From contig OZ249436.1 of assembly GCA_965235115.1 (NCBI GenBank), positions 55,802,001 to 55,866,000 on the forward strand: a stretch of 64,000 bases of DNA, given 5' to 3'. Shown here one piece after another: positions 24,402 through 37,900 of the stretch; position 1 is the first letter of the stretch, and the number at the start of each line of letters is the position of its first letter. The position numbers were made by a program, and so were the translations under genes. Under the pieces are notes generated by a model that worked only from the letters and a program-made list of their open reading frames with translations, was not told the DNA's origin and made no database searches. This DNA is from Laetmonice hystrix (taxonomy: Eukaryota).

Positions 24402-27189
24402 ATGGCCAACAATCCGACCGTGTTTCTTGCTATGTTGAGCGGGCAAATCGAAACAGCAGAGGTAAAGGATCAAATGGAACCTTTTACATTTTATATCAGA
24501 ATCATGATGGGCTTTTCAAATTCGGAGTAACCACGGTATCGCTGATGCCGTGATGGTAATGAATTGATGTGCTGTGTCGTGTGTTGACATAATGACAAAC
24601 AGGTTTTGACTCGTTCACTAACTCAAACTCAGTGATTTAGTAACTGGCCAAGCTCAGACTCTGACAGGGTCTATTTAAAAGTTCAAACCAAGCTTCTTTA
24701 TGAATATGATGAATGTACGAAAAAGGGCTTGTAGTGCAGTGCACTGACTGTGCAGACAGTGGTCACCACTGCACTGATAAGGACTAAGCTAGGCCTAGGG
24801 TTGTTTTTTTTTTGGTTGCCCGGATTGCCCCCCCCCCCCCCCCCCACTGGCCCCAGGCCCAGCGCTGGCAATACTAGAAATACCATGGAAATTTGCTTAT
24901 TTGCAACGTTTGGACCACCAGCCCCACCCATCCAAATTCCACCCCCCACCCGAGCCAGTCTGACCAGCTCAGATATGCCATAGCACCCCCCCCCCCCTCA
25001 CACACACAATCTTTTGCCGTTTTGGAACCCCTCCCCCCCCCTCCCAAATTGATATGCCACTGAGGCCCTCATGGGCCCATACTAATGACAGGTAGTAATG
25101 TAGTAATAGTATATGTTATATATATGCCACATGGTACCTTTAAGATGGTACATCATACTAGATGTGAACCCATGCCTATAATCTATCCCTGGGACCCTGG
25201 GATTCCCATCCCCATTACCACATTATATAATATTGGGGTAACACTAACAGGGCCCTTTTATATAGGCATGGTTCCACATCAAACATCATACATATCACGT
25301 TTAATATTTGACAAATAATAAACCGGATAAATAAAAATAAACAGTATGCCCCAGATAGTTATTCGCTTCTTCATAAGGCTGTTACCGATGTAGCTGGGGT
25401 ATGGTGCATAGCTAAGTTTAATTTAAAGATAGGCACTTTAATCGAGTTTTGAACTATATTATCATATGCCTTATATGGGGAGGGGAGACATCCAAATCAA
25501 GTACTTCATGAAAATTGTCTAGTTATTAATCGTAAAAGAATAATTTTTGTGTAGTATCAGAGAGTGGTACGAGCAGAGGCATAGATCTCCTTTGTGAGAT
25601 TTTGACTAAGGCAGGTTCGGTGCATATAGTAACTTATATAGGCTGATTTTTGTTTACAGTTCCCAGAATTTGATGACATCTACTTCAGGTACAACTTTGT
25701 TTATGGCCAAGATTGGGTCGTAACATCAGTAAGTACATAGCAGCTAGATTTTCAGATTACTCCAGTGTTTTTATTTTAAAACTGATAAATATAGTCAGAT
25801 CATGGCCTGTAAGGTTGCAAGCAGACAAAACATAGTGGGGCCAAATGGCTCTGATAGATCTATAGTTAAATGATTTAAATGAGTTCCATCAAATTGGAAA
25901 GGGGGGGGGGGGTCACAGCGCCCCTCCCCTCGGTTCAAACATCACTGATTATGACTGATGTAATGTGTACTGGTAGTGGTACCCTGCCCTAGCCTTAGGC
26001 TGAGGTGTTGCATGCCTATTTCTAAGTACCGTAATATACAAGTTTCTCACACAGGGATTAGAAGAAGGCATTAGCCAGTTGTCAAAGAAAACCTGGGATG
26101 ACCGGCAAGCTTTTGTCTTCAACTTTCCTATTGACGTCACCTTCAAGAGCACCAATCCATATGGCTGTAAGTATTGGATGGTCTATAAGCCCTGATCTTC
26201 AAAATTTATCAAGAGGATAAGAAAAAGTAGGTTTCCTTCTAAAACATGGTTGTTGTAGTCGTGAATATCATTTTCAGGGCCACAAATAGTGCTACACGCA
26301 TATGGCATTGACACATTTGGCAATGACGTTGTACGAGGTTATGGCGTCACACACCTACCCATCACCCCAGGCCGGTAAGTTTAAAACATTTTATTTTGGG
26401 TCTGAGAAAACAGCCTAGGGTGAATGCTGAGCAATTTCTCGGACTGCCCTGTGCCTTTCATTAAGTACTACAACATCTGGTAGATTGTGTCCAGGGAGTA
26501 AGGGCCAAACATATTGAAGTAACATCTCAGTAAATTATGGTAGCTGAGTTTTTTTTTAAATCTTGTGCCAACAATGTGTATTTCCCTTTCGTTTTTACAG
26601 CCACGTACGGAGAATTCCTCTGTTTGTGCCAGAGTCATCATCACGCTTTCAGAAGTTTCTCAGTTGGTTAATGAGTCGTCGTCCAGAGTATACTGACCCA
26701 CGTGTTGTCGCACAAGGAGAGGGAAGAGAAGGTATTTATTGATAACATTCTGTATAGAACTAGATTGTAAAAGTTTATTCTATTATAGAAATGTTTGAAT
26801 ACACAACACTTCCTGAATGATGGGTATAAAAGAAAGAGAACTATAAATAGTGGGAAATTTTGTCTATGACAGTATGAGAATGCGTGATATGTTGGCATCT
26901 TTTTTTATTATAAATGTTTCTAAAAACAATGTAAGCACATGCAGATACCTGAAAAGGTGGGAAGAGAATAGAAAGCTCATATTTATGTCTCAATTAATTT
27001 TTTTTTTTTCTAGTGACACGAGTGCGCTCACAGGGCTATGTCACCGTAACCTTTAACATGGTGATGAAGGATATGAAGAAGCTTGGCTATGACGTCACTC
27101 CCTCTGATGTGGCCAATCCCACCATTCCTAACGTCACCGCTCCGCAAGAAGCGGCTACTGAAACGGCCACAACAGCACCAGGCTCCTAA
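24402..27189 (+). CDS. B9D1: B9 domain-containing protein 1 (ciliary transition zone, MKS complex), 6 exons, 214 aa
   Basis: Exons 24402-24461, 25660-25728, 26055-26166, 26278-26374, 26601-26731, 27014-27189, all GT-AG and in phase. Translation [39 protein letters not shown]...GLEEGISQ...[20 protein letters not shown]...[10 protein letters not shown]...[26 protein letters not shown] matches the B9D1 sequence as I recall it. AATAAA at 27753. Confidence 0.96.
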
Positions 27190-28055
27190 CATTAAATTTT
27201 CATTCTGGTTCATCCAGCAACATTGCTGCCTACAGTCATTGTCCGTCCAGGCATGTTGTGTCAACGTGTACCATAACTATATCTTTTATAACATATGACC
27301 ATTCCAGTTTATCATTGGCTGGAAATGATGGGTACAAAGTAATCCTGATTGATCAGTGTTAATCCTCAGTTACCTGCTTATTGTCGAATGGCTTGGATTT
27401 GGGCCGTTCAGATCCGACATCTCATGGATTATACTAAAATACTTGCAATGATGTAGCCTTGTATGGTGTAGAGAGCTCAAATTTGAAGCTTCTTTGTACG
27501 TTTAGAGTGGTACATGAAGGGCTGATTCAGGACTGTATGTAACGGTGTTATAGCAACACCACTGAAAGCTGGAACGTTGTTGTACACACGTTCAAACCAC
27601 TGTAATATTAAGATTCTTTGTAGATATGGGCACAACCTGTCAGGTGTGCAGATGCTTGCCATTTGTTGTACATAATATTGGCTAAAATTTTATATACCGT
27701 CCACCCTAATACTTGTATTAACTATTTTGTATAATACATGTAATGAGAACAAAATAAATTCTGCAAATCACATTTTCAGTGTGTGTGCATATGTACCAGT
27801 ATGTCGTGTATGTGTGAATCGGGACAGCTCCGGTATACGTAAATGTATTAAATTACGGTATCATCTCCATACCTGATCAACTGTGATAGAACCACCCGCT
27901 CGGCAGAAGGCTGCTGATGTTGATGTTTATTAATGGAAGCGATTGTCTTGAATAATCTGATTTAGCCTTCAATGCCACAGGAAAGTCTAGACGAAATTAG
28001 ATATAAATTGATATGGATTGCTAACTAAGCTCTGTATCACGTCGAGCAGGCCTTA

Positions 28056-28751
28056 AGGGGCTTTCCCACATTCCCGAATCTTTCGTGAGAGCGCGCCGAA
28101 CTGTCCCGAATTGAAATTCGTGACGGTTCTTTGTCGCTTGGCCAATTCGTAGTGCGTGACCTCACACACTACGAATTGCCTGCGCATTAGCTACGATCTT
28201 CTACGATGTACTTAGGAATTACCTACGTCTCCCCTACGAACCATGCCGAACTCATGCCAAGCCATCACAAATTAAGTATCTACGAACTGTCCCGATTTAC
28301 CCACAAACTTCCTACGACACCTCAAGATTTGCTACGAATTGTGAAGACTTGTCAAGAACTGCTACGACTGTTAAGACTTGCTACGATCGTAGGCAGGATC
28401 GTAGCTATTCTTAGCAGATCGTAGGAATTCGTAGGTGAATCGCATGAATTCGGCATATTTTTTAACTCTACGATTCATTACGAACAGGCACGAACCACCT
28501 ACGAAGTCCTACGAACCACTACGATCTATCTACGAATAACTTACTACGAACTGCTACGATCTTTTTTTGTCGGCGACTAAATTTCAAATTTTCGAGCATG
28601 CTCGAAAATTTTTTTGAAGGCTACGATTTCTCAAGAACTGCTACGAGCCGTGCCGAACTCTGACGAACTTTTTGACGATCTCCCTACGATTTCCTACGAT
28701 CTTGAGTTCGTAGCAGTTCGGGATCCAATTCGGGAATGTGGGAAAGCCCCT
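28056..28751. mobile_element. PIF/Harbinger-like MITE
   Basis: TTA|AGGGGCTTTCCCACATTCCCGAAT...ATTCGGGAATGTGGGAAAGCCCCT|TTA; many CTACGA repeats. Confidence 0.8.
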
Positions 28752-28755
28752 TTAA

Positions 28756-29153
28756 AGGGGCTCTCACACGCTACGATTTCAGCTACGATATCACACGATA
28801 ACCTACGATATGCCTAAAATCGTGCAATGTGTGCACGATATTGTAATGTGTGAGAGCGCTTGCGACAAGACAAGACACGATTCCATCAGATCATAGATGA
28901 TCGTACGATATCGTAGGGTTTTGAACGTGTTTAAAATTTTACTGTCGTGCCACGGACAATCGTGCAATTTTGCCGGGAAATAATGGCAGATCTGGGTGAA
29001 GAGGACACTCTGGATCTTATGATATCGCAGGTAATCGCAGCATGTGACAGCTATTAAGTACACTGCGACACGAGCTACCCGATATCGCACGATATCAGAT
29101 CGTATACGTGACAGATCGTAGAGTAGCCGAAATCGTAGCGTGTGAGAGCCCCT
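28756..29153. mobile_element. Second PIF/Harbinger-like MITE abutting the first
   Basis: AGGGGCTCTCACACGCTACGATTTC...GAAATCGTAGCGTGTGAGAGCCCCT; TAA/TTA flanks. Confidence 0.8.
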
Positions 29154-32100
29154 TTACAAACAAGTACACTCTTCGTTCATTCAGCTTTAATTAAAGTGTC
29201 ACTTGATAAAACAGTTGTAAAACCAAAAACACTTCATTTGAAGCAAATATTTATTAAAGAGCCATATTCACATGTATGTTGGTCATAAAGTTAGAGGGGA
29301 ATACATATACAGGGAAGGCAGAGTATAATGTCTCTTCGGAACTGATCACCGTTCACGAAGGACTATATACAAAGTACATCTCCATTACGGCCCCAGATAT
29401 TTGGAGGGTCTGTAAACCTAGGGAGCTTGTAGCCAGTACTGGTGGGGCTTGTACACATCACTAAACCAGTTCTTCATCTCTCCCAACAGGTAATATTCAC
29501 CCAGGGAATAATAATCAGCCTTTATGTGCAGGATGTTGTTCACTAATGACCATACCTCATCCCCCTTCCCCAGCCCTCCATGTTGTTATCACATTATAAG
29601 CACAAACTTATCACTCTACCCTGGACATAATTCTCAGACTGTTCTGTGACACTTAACGTAATAAGTTATTGAACTTTGAAGGTGACTACCCTCCCTGATT
29701 AGTAAAACGATTTATTTACATAGTATTTTCTCAACACCTGTATTCGACAACCAATACTGTTTGTTCTATACTGAATCATCACGAGGAATCCCCATAAACA
29801 ACAAACGTTAGATGTCTACATGCCACAAGTTACAGTCATTCTAGACCACTCATTGATCTATCACCTGTGACTAACATAGGGACCTAGTATAGGTTGTTGT
29901 GGTTTTTAATACGCTATCTGGTCCTGGCTTACAAGCAGGCTGAAGTCCATTATAATTAGATGGCGGCCAGTTAACCGGGATTTTATAAGTTTCGATTCCA
30001 AGCCAATCAACTTTACCTAGAACCTGGTCAAGGGCTGGGTGTGACTTCATACTTTTAACTCGTAGGCCTACTATCGATGAAAACCAAAATGCTGGTGTAA
30101 CTGCCCCAAAACTATGGCCGCAAGGGTCTATAGCGCCTACGGCTACAGTATACCTGCAGGCACTATGGTTGACCCGACAGCTTCAGGGAGTAAATTAGTT
30201 AATCCTGTTTTCTTATCCTTAGGAATGGATACGAATAATGATTAATGCTTGGCAATATCCCAGTTACTGGTGTAAGACCATCTAGAATATTCTGTCTGTC
30301 ACACCGGGCTCCTTTAAACCTTTAAACTGATCAGTCTGAGAATTTAACAATATGGTTACATGAACAATGAACTCCTCGTACATTACGGTCAGTCTGACCG
30401 TCAGTGGTCTGATCACTGCCATCTGAATAGTCGCTGGGATGTGTACAGTCATTGCCCAATTTCTACAGGTAATTCTACAGTTCTTGAGTTTCTGCTCCAA
30501 TCTGACGCCCACAGATCATTGAAGATATGACATAGGTTAGACTCTATCCTTTCAGAAACCCAGCCTAGGATTATGACTCTCCTGACTAGATTTGAAGTTA
30601 ACCTGAAAACCCCCGAACTGTATTCCGATCAATTCTATCATACAAACTATGCACCAACCAGATGTCGCAGAAAAAGAACAAGTTCACTCAGGTCATTCGG
30701 TATCTTCCAGTCCTCTCTATACTTCCTGCTACACTCGTTATCAAAGATCGGAATTAGACCGGGAGTTTACGCCTCGGCAGTGCTCAGCTACAGGTATATT
30801 GAGGTGCCCAGTTCTATTTGTGGAGGAAACTGGAGTACCCGTGAGAAACTACCAACCCTGCAGTAGGTATAACAAAACTGTAGCCCTTGCATTCTTCAGG
30901 GTTAAAAAAAAATTGTTTTGTATAGCCTTAACAAACACACGATGAAAAAAGATATTTCTCTGAACTCGAAACAACAACAAAAGTAGCCAAGGAACCCACC
31001 AGCCCAATCTTACATCTGTTTTATCTTCACCAATTGGTAATTTTCAAATATAGCCATGTCCACCAGGAGACCACAGAAGTGATAGCTTTATAATATGTGT
31101 CTGGACAACATTATTAACCGATTGTATTTATACACTGATAGCAGCCATACTGAAACCTAAGAACTCATTATATTTGACTTGATACATACTTTCCGAGGTT
31201 TGCAAACCCAACAACATTTGGTAGACTAAATCTTGACGTTCAGGAATACGACAGTAGCATCTCTAATCATTTCTCCCCCCCCCCCCCCCCCCCCAAAAAA
31301 AAAGTACCTGGAGCAAGATGTTTGATATCCACTTGTGGGGAATCCTATAATTTTTTCTGTAACGTGATTCCGTCCTATTCTGAGAATAATGAGGACTACA
31401 TTGTTCCAATGCAAGGAGGGTTGGCAGGTAAGGGTTTGTGATTTGGCACATTGATGTGACTCTGGACACACTGGTACATCATATCACATTATTCAATTCT
31501 TTACATGCATAAAAACCGGCCGACCAACGTACCAAGACAGAGTTTACTTGGTCTCTGATTATAATGGCACTCCTGCATTAACTGCGGTCGTTATTTGCAG
31601 ATTCTACCTGAAAGGCTACGGGTGATAATCACAAAACACGTACTAATTAATTTGTCTAAATACGTGTACAACGAAATTGACATTTCAGATACCGGTGGTT
31701 TATGATCTTAAAATGGCTAGCTCTCCAAACCTGCAATTTTAACCTAAATTGTACTCTATGTATCATTCTGAGCTTTTCTCATTAAAAAAAAAAAACACAA
31801 CAAATACTGTCCTCTAAATCTATTCCTTATTAATACTGGAGAAACAAATCGTACATTGGCATAAGACGACTGGCACATGTGTCCCTTGGACAGGTTGGTA
31901 TTCCTGGCACAACTATACAGACTATGCCAGACTGAGAGCCTACCAGAAAAACATTATGATCCACCCAACAAAGTAACTAACACTGCCTGACCTACTACCG
32001 TAAGGTGTACACTGGACGAAAAGGGCAAGATATGGACAGTTAGTGTTAACCCACCTACCGAGAAACCTACACAGGCACACGGTTTCATCTGCTACGATTT

Positions 32101-33482
32101 TTGGATCATAATACATGTACATTGTATTCACCAAGAAAATAGCGGTTCCAATGAAAATGACAGGAGATAACGCCACGTTTGACCCTGACCTACTGCTATC
32201 TCTTTCATCAATAGCAGCTCTCACCACAGGTATATCCTGAGGTATTGACCAATAAGTCAATGTTTGCACCTTGCCTTGTATTTGGCGACTTAAAACACAA
32301 AGTGCCCATTGGGATATCTATGATGATACATTTAGTAAGCAAGGATCAATTTTTTCCTTAGAAACACCCCAAAAATTGAAACTTATTAACTCAATTAAGA
32401 ACGCATGTGGCATTACATATGATATCATATGTACCCCGGTACTGATGATCGCGAAATTTCTGGAACACATAATGCAGTGCTTTTGTAAGTACTCATCCAT
32501 TCTCACAGCATTTAAATATGACTCTTCTGTTACTTGTATATGATATTTTAGTTCTATTTCTATCTTGCCTTCTGCTAAAAATGTGGAGAGATCAGTTAAC
32601 AGTTGAAACGACAAAGTCACAATTATTAATTCACGAGTGACTTCCAATATCACAGAACACACACGCATTATCATGGAAACGGATTAACTCAAGCAAAATA
32701 AAGTATTCTCATGATGCCTGGCAGGAGTATCAAACAGATTGACCCTTTAACACTCTTCAAACAAGCTCAAACACAACTTAATTACCTGAGACCAGGCTTT
32801 GTCAACTCCACATTTGTTGATATGGTACAGACTCTTGGAAACAACCTCAAAAGCATGATTCAAGGTTTGTCGTCTTCCTCCATACCAAAATCATACTGAT
32901 ATCAATGCCATTGTAGTGGGGATGAGGATTGCATTTTTTTCTACACTCGAGGACACTTTGTTATCCTTGTCAAAAGTGCAAATTTCATAAAGACATCAAA
33001 CACATAAATGCCATGTAATAGACTTTAAATTATCATAAACTTCGTGCTGTTTGCTTTTGAGCCTTGCCTTTGCAATTTTTCACTTAAGGTACAATTCTGC
33101 AATCAAGGTCATGCTTAAATCTAGCCTTATGCACACAACATTGTGAGCTGAACTATGTGAACTTTTATATTTATAGAATCCTCATAGAAAACACTCAAAC
33201 ATCTTAAAACACTTCCTAGTGTCACTTGATCCCGAGTACCGCCGTGTCACACAGAACAAAAGTGAAATATTCCAATTTCTGGATTAAACAGGGCTAGGTA
33301 TCAGCAGTTGAGCGCTATTATTTCAGAAAGAACTTTTGATTGCCTGCTCATTTGATTCAGTTTTTGTTTGGACTTCTCACGACACCTCACTGGAGTTAAC
33401 GAAGTGTCTTCAGAGACTACTTTGTAAATAGAGTTACAGGTATATACGATATATTACTGTTTGTAAAACTATCATCACCTTC

Positions 33483-33804
33483 CAGGGTTTCCGCCAGAAT
33501 TTTGTTTTGGGTACGGACCAATGTGGTCGCCCAATTAAGGCGTCAGCTTAGACGGGGTTCCCTCCCCCAGAAAGATTTTAAATGCTATTAGGCGTTATTT
33601 CCCAGCACATGAGGCGAGAAAAGCAGAGGCAAACTGTGCCTTCTTTCAAGCCATTTCGGCTAAGATGACATCTGTGAGAGACCCGGCTGAGATGAGACTA
33701 AAATTACTGTTTGGACTCACATTTGATACCATTTTAAGAGTGGGTTAAGAGTGTGTTTATGGATTTTTACCCTTTTTAGTTTTACCCTCCTGGCGGAACC
33801 CCTG
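33483..33804. mobile_element. CAG...CTG MITE with 5-bp TSD
   Basis: CAGGGTTTCCGCCAG...CTGGCGGAACCCCTG, flanked by CCTTC on both sides. Confidence 0.75.
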
Positions 33805-34908
33805 CCTTCTAATTACCATGTTGAGATAACTCTCCATTCCTCAACACTCCCGAAACATTTTTTACAATTTATGTGCACACATTTTTTGACGGTATTCCTC
33901 TCCTGATGGTGATTTACCAGTAGAAAGACAACATTACATTTAAAATCAAGTCCCCGCTATTGAGCATTGAGTGCAGGTGGTCTATGTGAATGTAATTCTG
34001 GATTGTAACTTGACCGTGCCTCTGGTTGAGCAGGTAACTACGTACCTTGTCATATTGTCTGGTCAATCAGCAGTGTCTGTGTAGCTATCTGAGCTGCTGC
34101 TGCTGCTGCTCGTTACTTCTAATGCTGGAGGGTAATTTCATTATCTAGGTTCTTACAAAGTGTAATGTATCAGATTATCCAACTTGTGTTTTAACAGCTT
34201 CCTCTGTAACATAAATAACAAACTCCAGAGAAAGAACATACATATACCTTATCCTGTCTTAGAGCTGGTCTGAATGCATTATGCGAGTCAATTTCTATGT
34301 ACTGTTATAGTCCATAACCTATCTTTGAAATGGAGGTATCATTTCAAATGTCGGTTGAAGAGATGGTGGGCTAACCTTCCTGACATCATTAACGAGGAGA
34401 ATTGAGGCTGGAGGGCTTGTCTTCTATCACGCCAATATCACAAGTACTGCCTATACTGACAGGGGGTGACTCAGACTAAGGCTGCAGTCTCAGGTACAGC
34501 AGCCACCCATGGTCTCAGCCACAAACAGGGACCTACTGTATGACATACGGGTAGGCCCAAATATAAACTCCTGAAGTTATCCGTGTTATCAATGGTGGGG
34601 GTTGATGTAGGGTACAATCTTGTCCCTAACTGCATTAAACAAGCCTCTTGGGTGGTACACGTTCTCAGCAGGTCATACTTAGTTATAGAAGCACCTTTCT
34701 TCATCACTGCTGCGAGGCTTGTTATACAATCCCAATTGGTCATTCTCCTCGACCTGCGACACATGGTAATGTCGCTCATTAATTTGCCTACCGCCCTCCA
34801 CTCATCATCTGCCGTCCTCTCTGTCATGTGCCGTGTGACCAACTACAAACTTCATTCTACTCTGGCACTGCTATTTCAGATCTGGGCTGAATCATGACCA
34901 GTTGGTGG

Positions 34909-37900
34909 TCATAGCTGGTTGGGCTGGGGCTCCTCGATACCAACGGATTTGAGTAATTCTGTGAAATGTACCAAGGTTTTGGAGAGTGTCAGGTGGAAAC
35001 CTCGGGAGGCAGGCAACAAGGGAAATCCAGGCAGGCCAAATAGTGACGTCATTGTATGGGCAAACGGCTCCTCCTGATTGGCTGCTACTTCTGACGCACT
35101 GCTGCTCTGTTCAGAGGGACACTGGCAGTCTGAAGGCGAAGCGTTGCCATCGGCAACTGATGATGGTGTTGGCACTGGTTTGGAATCCTCATGGTTACTT
35201 TTGTTGTTGTTTTGAGTGGTGCCCTCTGAGAGACACTGTAAGTCCTTGGTCGAGGCGTTTTGTTGTTGGGAGGAAACTTGTAGCCAGTGCTCCAGCCGAT
35301 GGATCATCCTGAATCAAAATAACTATATATTTATCTGTGCAAAGTGTAAAAACAATATTGCTTGCTCGCATCTGGTGGAAACTACTGATAAGATAGATGT
35401 TCTAGCATAGAGTATTGGACGCAGGGCTATCTTACCAAGGGGGAAAATCCAGAGACAGCAGTAGTAATCATGGGTCAAAAATAGGGTCTTATACCACAAA
35501 GTACAGTATCCGATACTTAAAATTAATCTGTAAGAGCCTTAGGAAATACACACTACAAATATAAAAGTATGTAAATTAGGAATCTTATTATTTGTCTTGG
35601 AAAATTAATTTCAATAATATATTCTCAATACTTACTTAAATGCACGCTTCCTCAAATGTTCCATGAGCTCCACTTCGAAGACCTCATTTGGGTGAAGCAC
35701 CATTTTGATCATTGACTGCAGATATAAACACCCACATTGATCACATCATAAAATATTAATATTTCATGAGTAATTTTATATCTTTCTGCCTGACTGAGAT
35801 TGGTCTGAATGTACATCTTTACTAACAAAATACTTCTGTTTGAATTCAAACAGCTATAAGCATCCGACTCACCTGGACCATTTTGAGGATTGCCATTTCA
35901 TTGTACATTCGGCTGTTTTCTAGTCCCTGCTGTGTGCCCTTTTGTTTCTCGTATCCTGCTTCATTGAAATATGGCTCAGGGACCAGAATCAGACCTGTAA
36001 TCCATTAGTAATTCACTTAAATACATTGTAACATGATATTACTGTCCTCTGTTAATACAATAAAATCTAAGACAAATGTTACATTGGCAAGGCAGCTATT
36101 GTTTTCTAGTAAATTTCTATAAATTATATTTCCACCCTGGTTACTAACTCAATACCAACCTTGAATGGATATCAGTACTTGTGGGAGACTGGACTTGCTC
36201 GTCCATACCTCGGTCCCCTGAAAGATAATACCCCTTACTTAGTCTTGTATACATTACGCTCTACTTGTACTTACAAAATAACAGTTGATATATAATAATG
36301 TTAACAATACTAAATGCATTCAAAATACTTGTTTACCTTTTATGGTGAAAATCTATGACTTACCCTGCCTGCCCAAGTCCCGAGCAGACTCACACACACT
36401 TTGCCATCTTCATACAGATTGGGATTGAGACGATCAGTGCAGTATGAGCTGTAATGGACGCTAGGTGGAGCGGTGGGGTAATCATTGGGTAATTGCACAT
36501 CAAAGAAGAAGAGTCCATCCTCATACGGAGTTCTTGCTGGTCCATGGATCATGACCGTGAACAGGTCCTGTCAGAGCAACCCAACAACTTGCAATAAGTT
36601 TATTTCTGACCAGTGTTTAAAGCAATGCCTATCAATTCTGATTCAGAAAGTCAAAACACTCAACCAGCATCACAATATTTTTGACTCTTTAAAGAGAGTT
36701 CTCAATTCAGCTGTACACCAATCTAGAATATGATTTTATCAGGCATATGACGGCATTTAGAACAACTTCATTCATTCCCTATTTACTGAATATACCAGTA
36801 ACAGTATATTCAAGTAAATAAACAAATATATAAAAAAAATTTACCTTTTCAAATAAAGCACTACATAACTTAATTTGTTCTTATTTGCTTTGAAAGAATC
36901 AAATATGAAGCGAAGAGTCCATACATATCAACCAGCATATATTAAAGCAATATTTAGAATTTAGCTTATAAAGTAACACTTGCCATTCGGTCCTCAAAAC
37001 CTTTCACAAATATACCCTTAGGAAGACTTGTGTGGAGCATCTTTAGCTAGAAATACAATAAGAAACTTTCATCACATATATTTCACGCAATCTTTTGGGT
37101 CTTTAGCTGAAATACATTTTTGCTGTATTACACATACTGATACTAAATAGTCCATGTCTTTAATGGTCTTGACCAAAGTTACATACATTGTATTTCATCT
37201 GAAATGTGTGGTTACCATACCTCTTTTTTCAATGCACCAAAGAAAGACTTTGGATCCGACACTTGGTGCTCACAGCTTCTGAACCTATGGTACTGGGGAA
37301 CATGTTCCAGCATGTGAAAACCTGAAAGCAAGCAAATGAAATCACTCATCGAGTATGTCTCCTGGGTAAAGTAGCAACAAAGTCTGGATGTAATAAGACA
37401 TGGAAGGAAAACACACTGGCAGTGCCAAAAGTTAAATTTAAAGATTACCAAGGTAATACAGTTGAGGTCATAACCTTAAATTCCCTTTTGCGATCAATTG
37501 TGAGTACCTGGGTACACGTGGTACATTTCTGCAGTTTCTTAATTTTACTTAGCATCATTAGGGTTCATTATGTGCAGACATAAAATATTGATGTTGTCTT
37601 ACCATCCTTGTTGTATTCTATCTTGGCCCTAACCTCTGCAGGAGTCTGTGGTGTAGGTGGCTCCCATGTTTGCTTTTCTGGCGTCATCATGGTACCAGGC
37701 TGGGGCAGATCTAGCCCCAGACCCTGCCGCCCCGCCACTTTCTCTGGCACCAACTCCTGACTTGGACAGGCTTGAGTGCATTCCAGGCTGCTATCCTTGG
37801 CAGCTGAAGCCATATCTAGTTCTGGTTTCTCAGCAGCATGGTTCACGAGCACTACCTTCATGGGAGTCTTTTTTGGTGTCAGCATTGCAAGAGCACTCGC

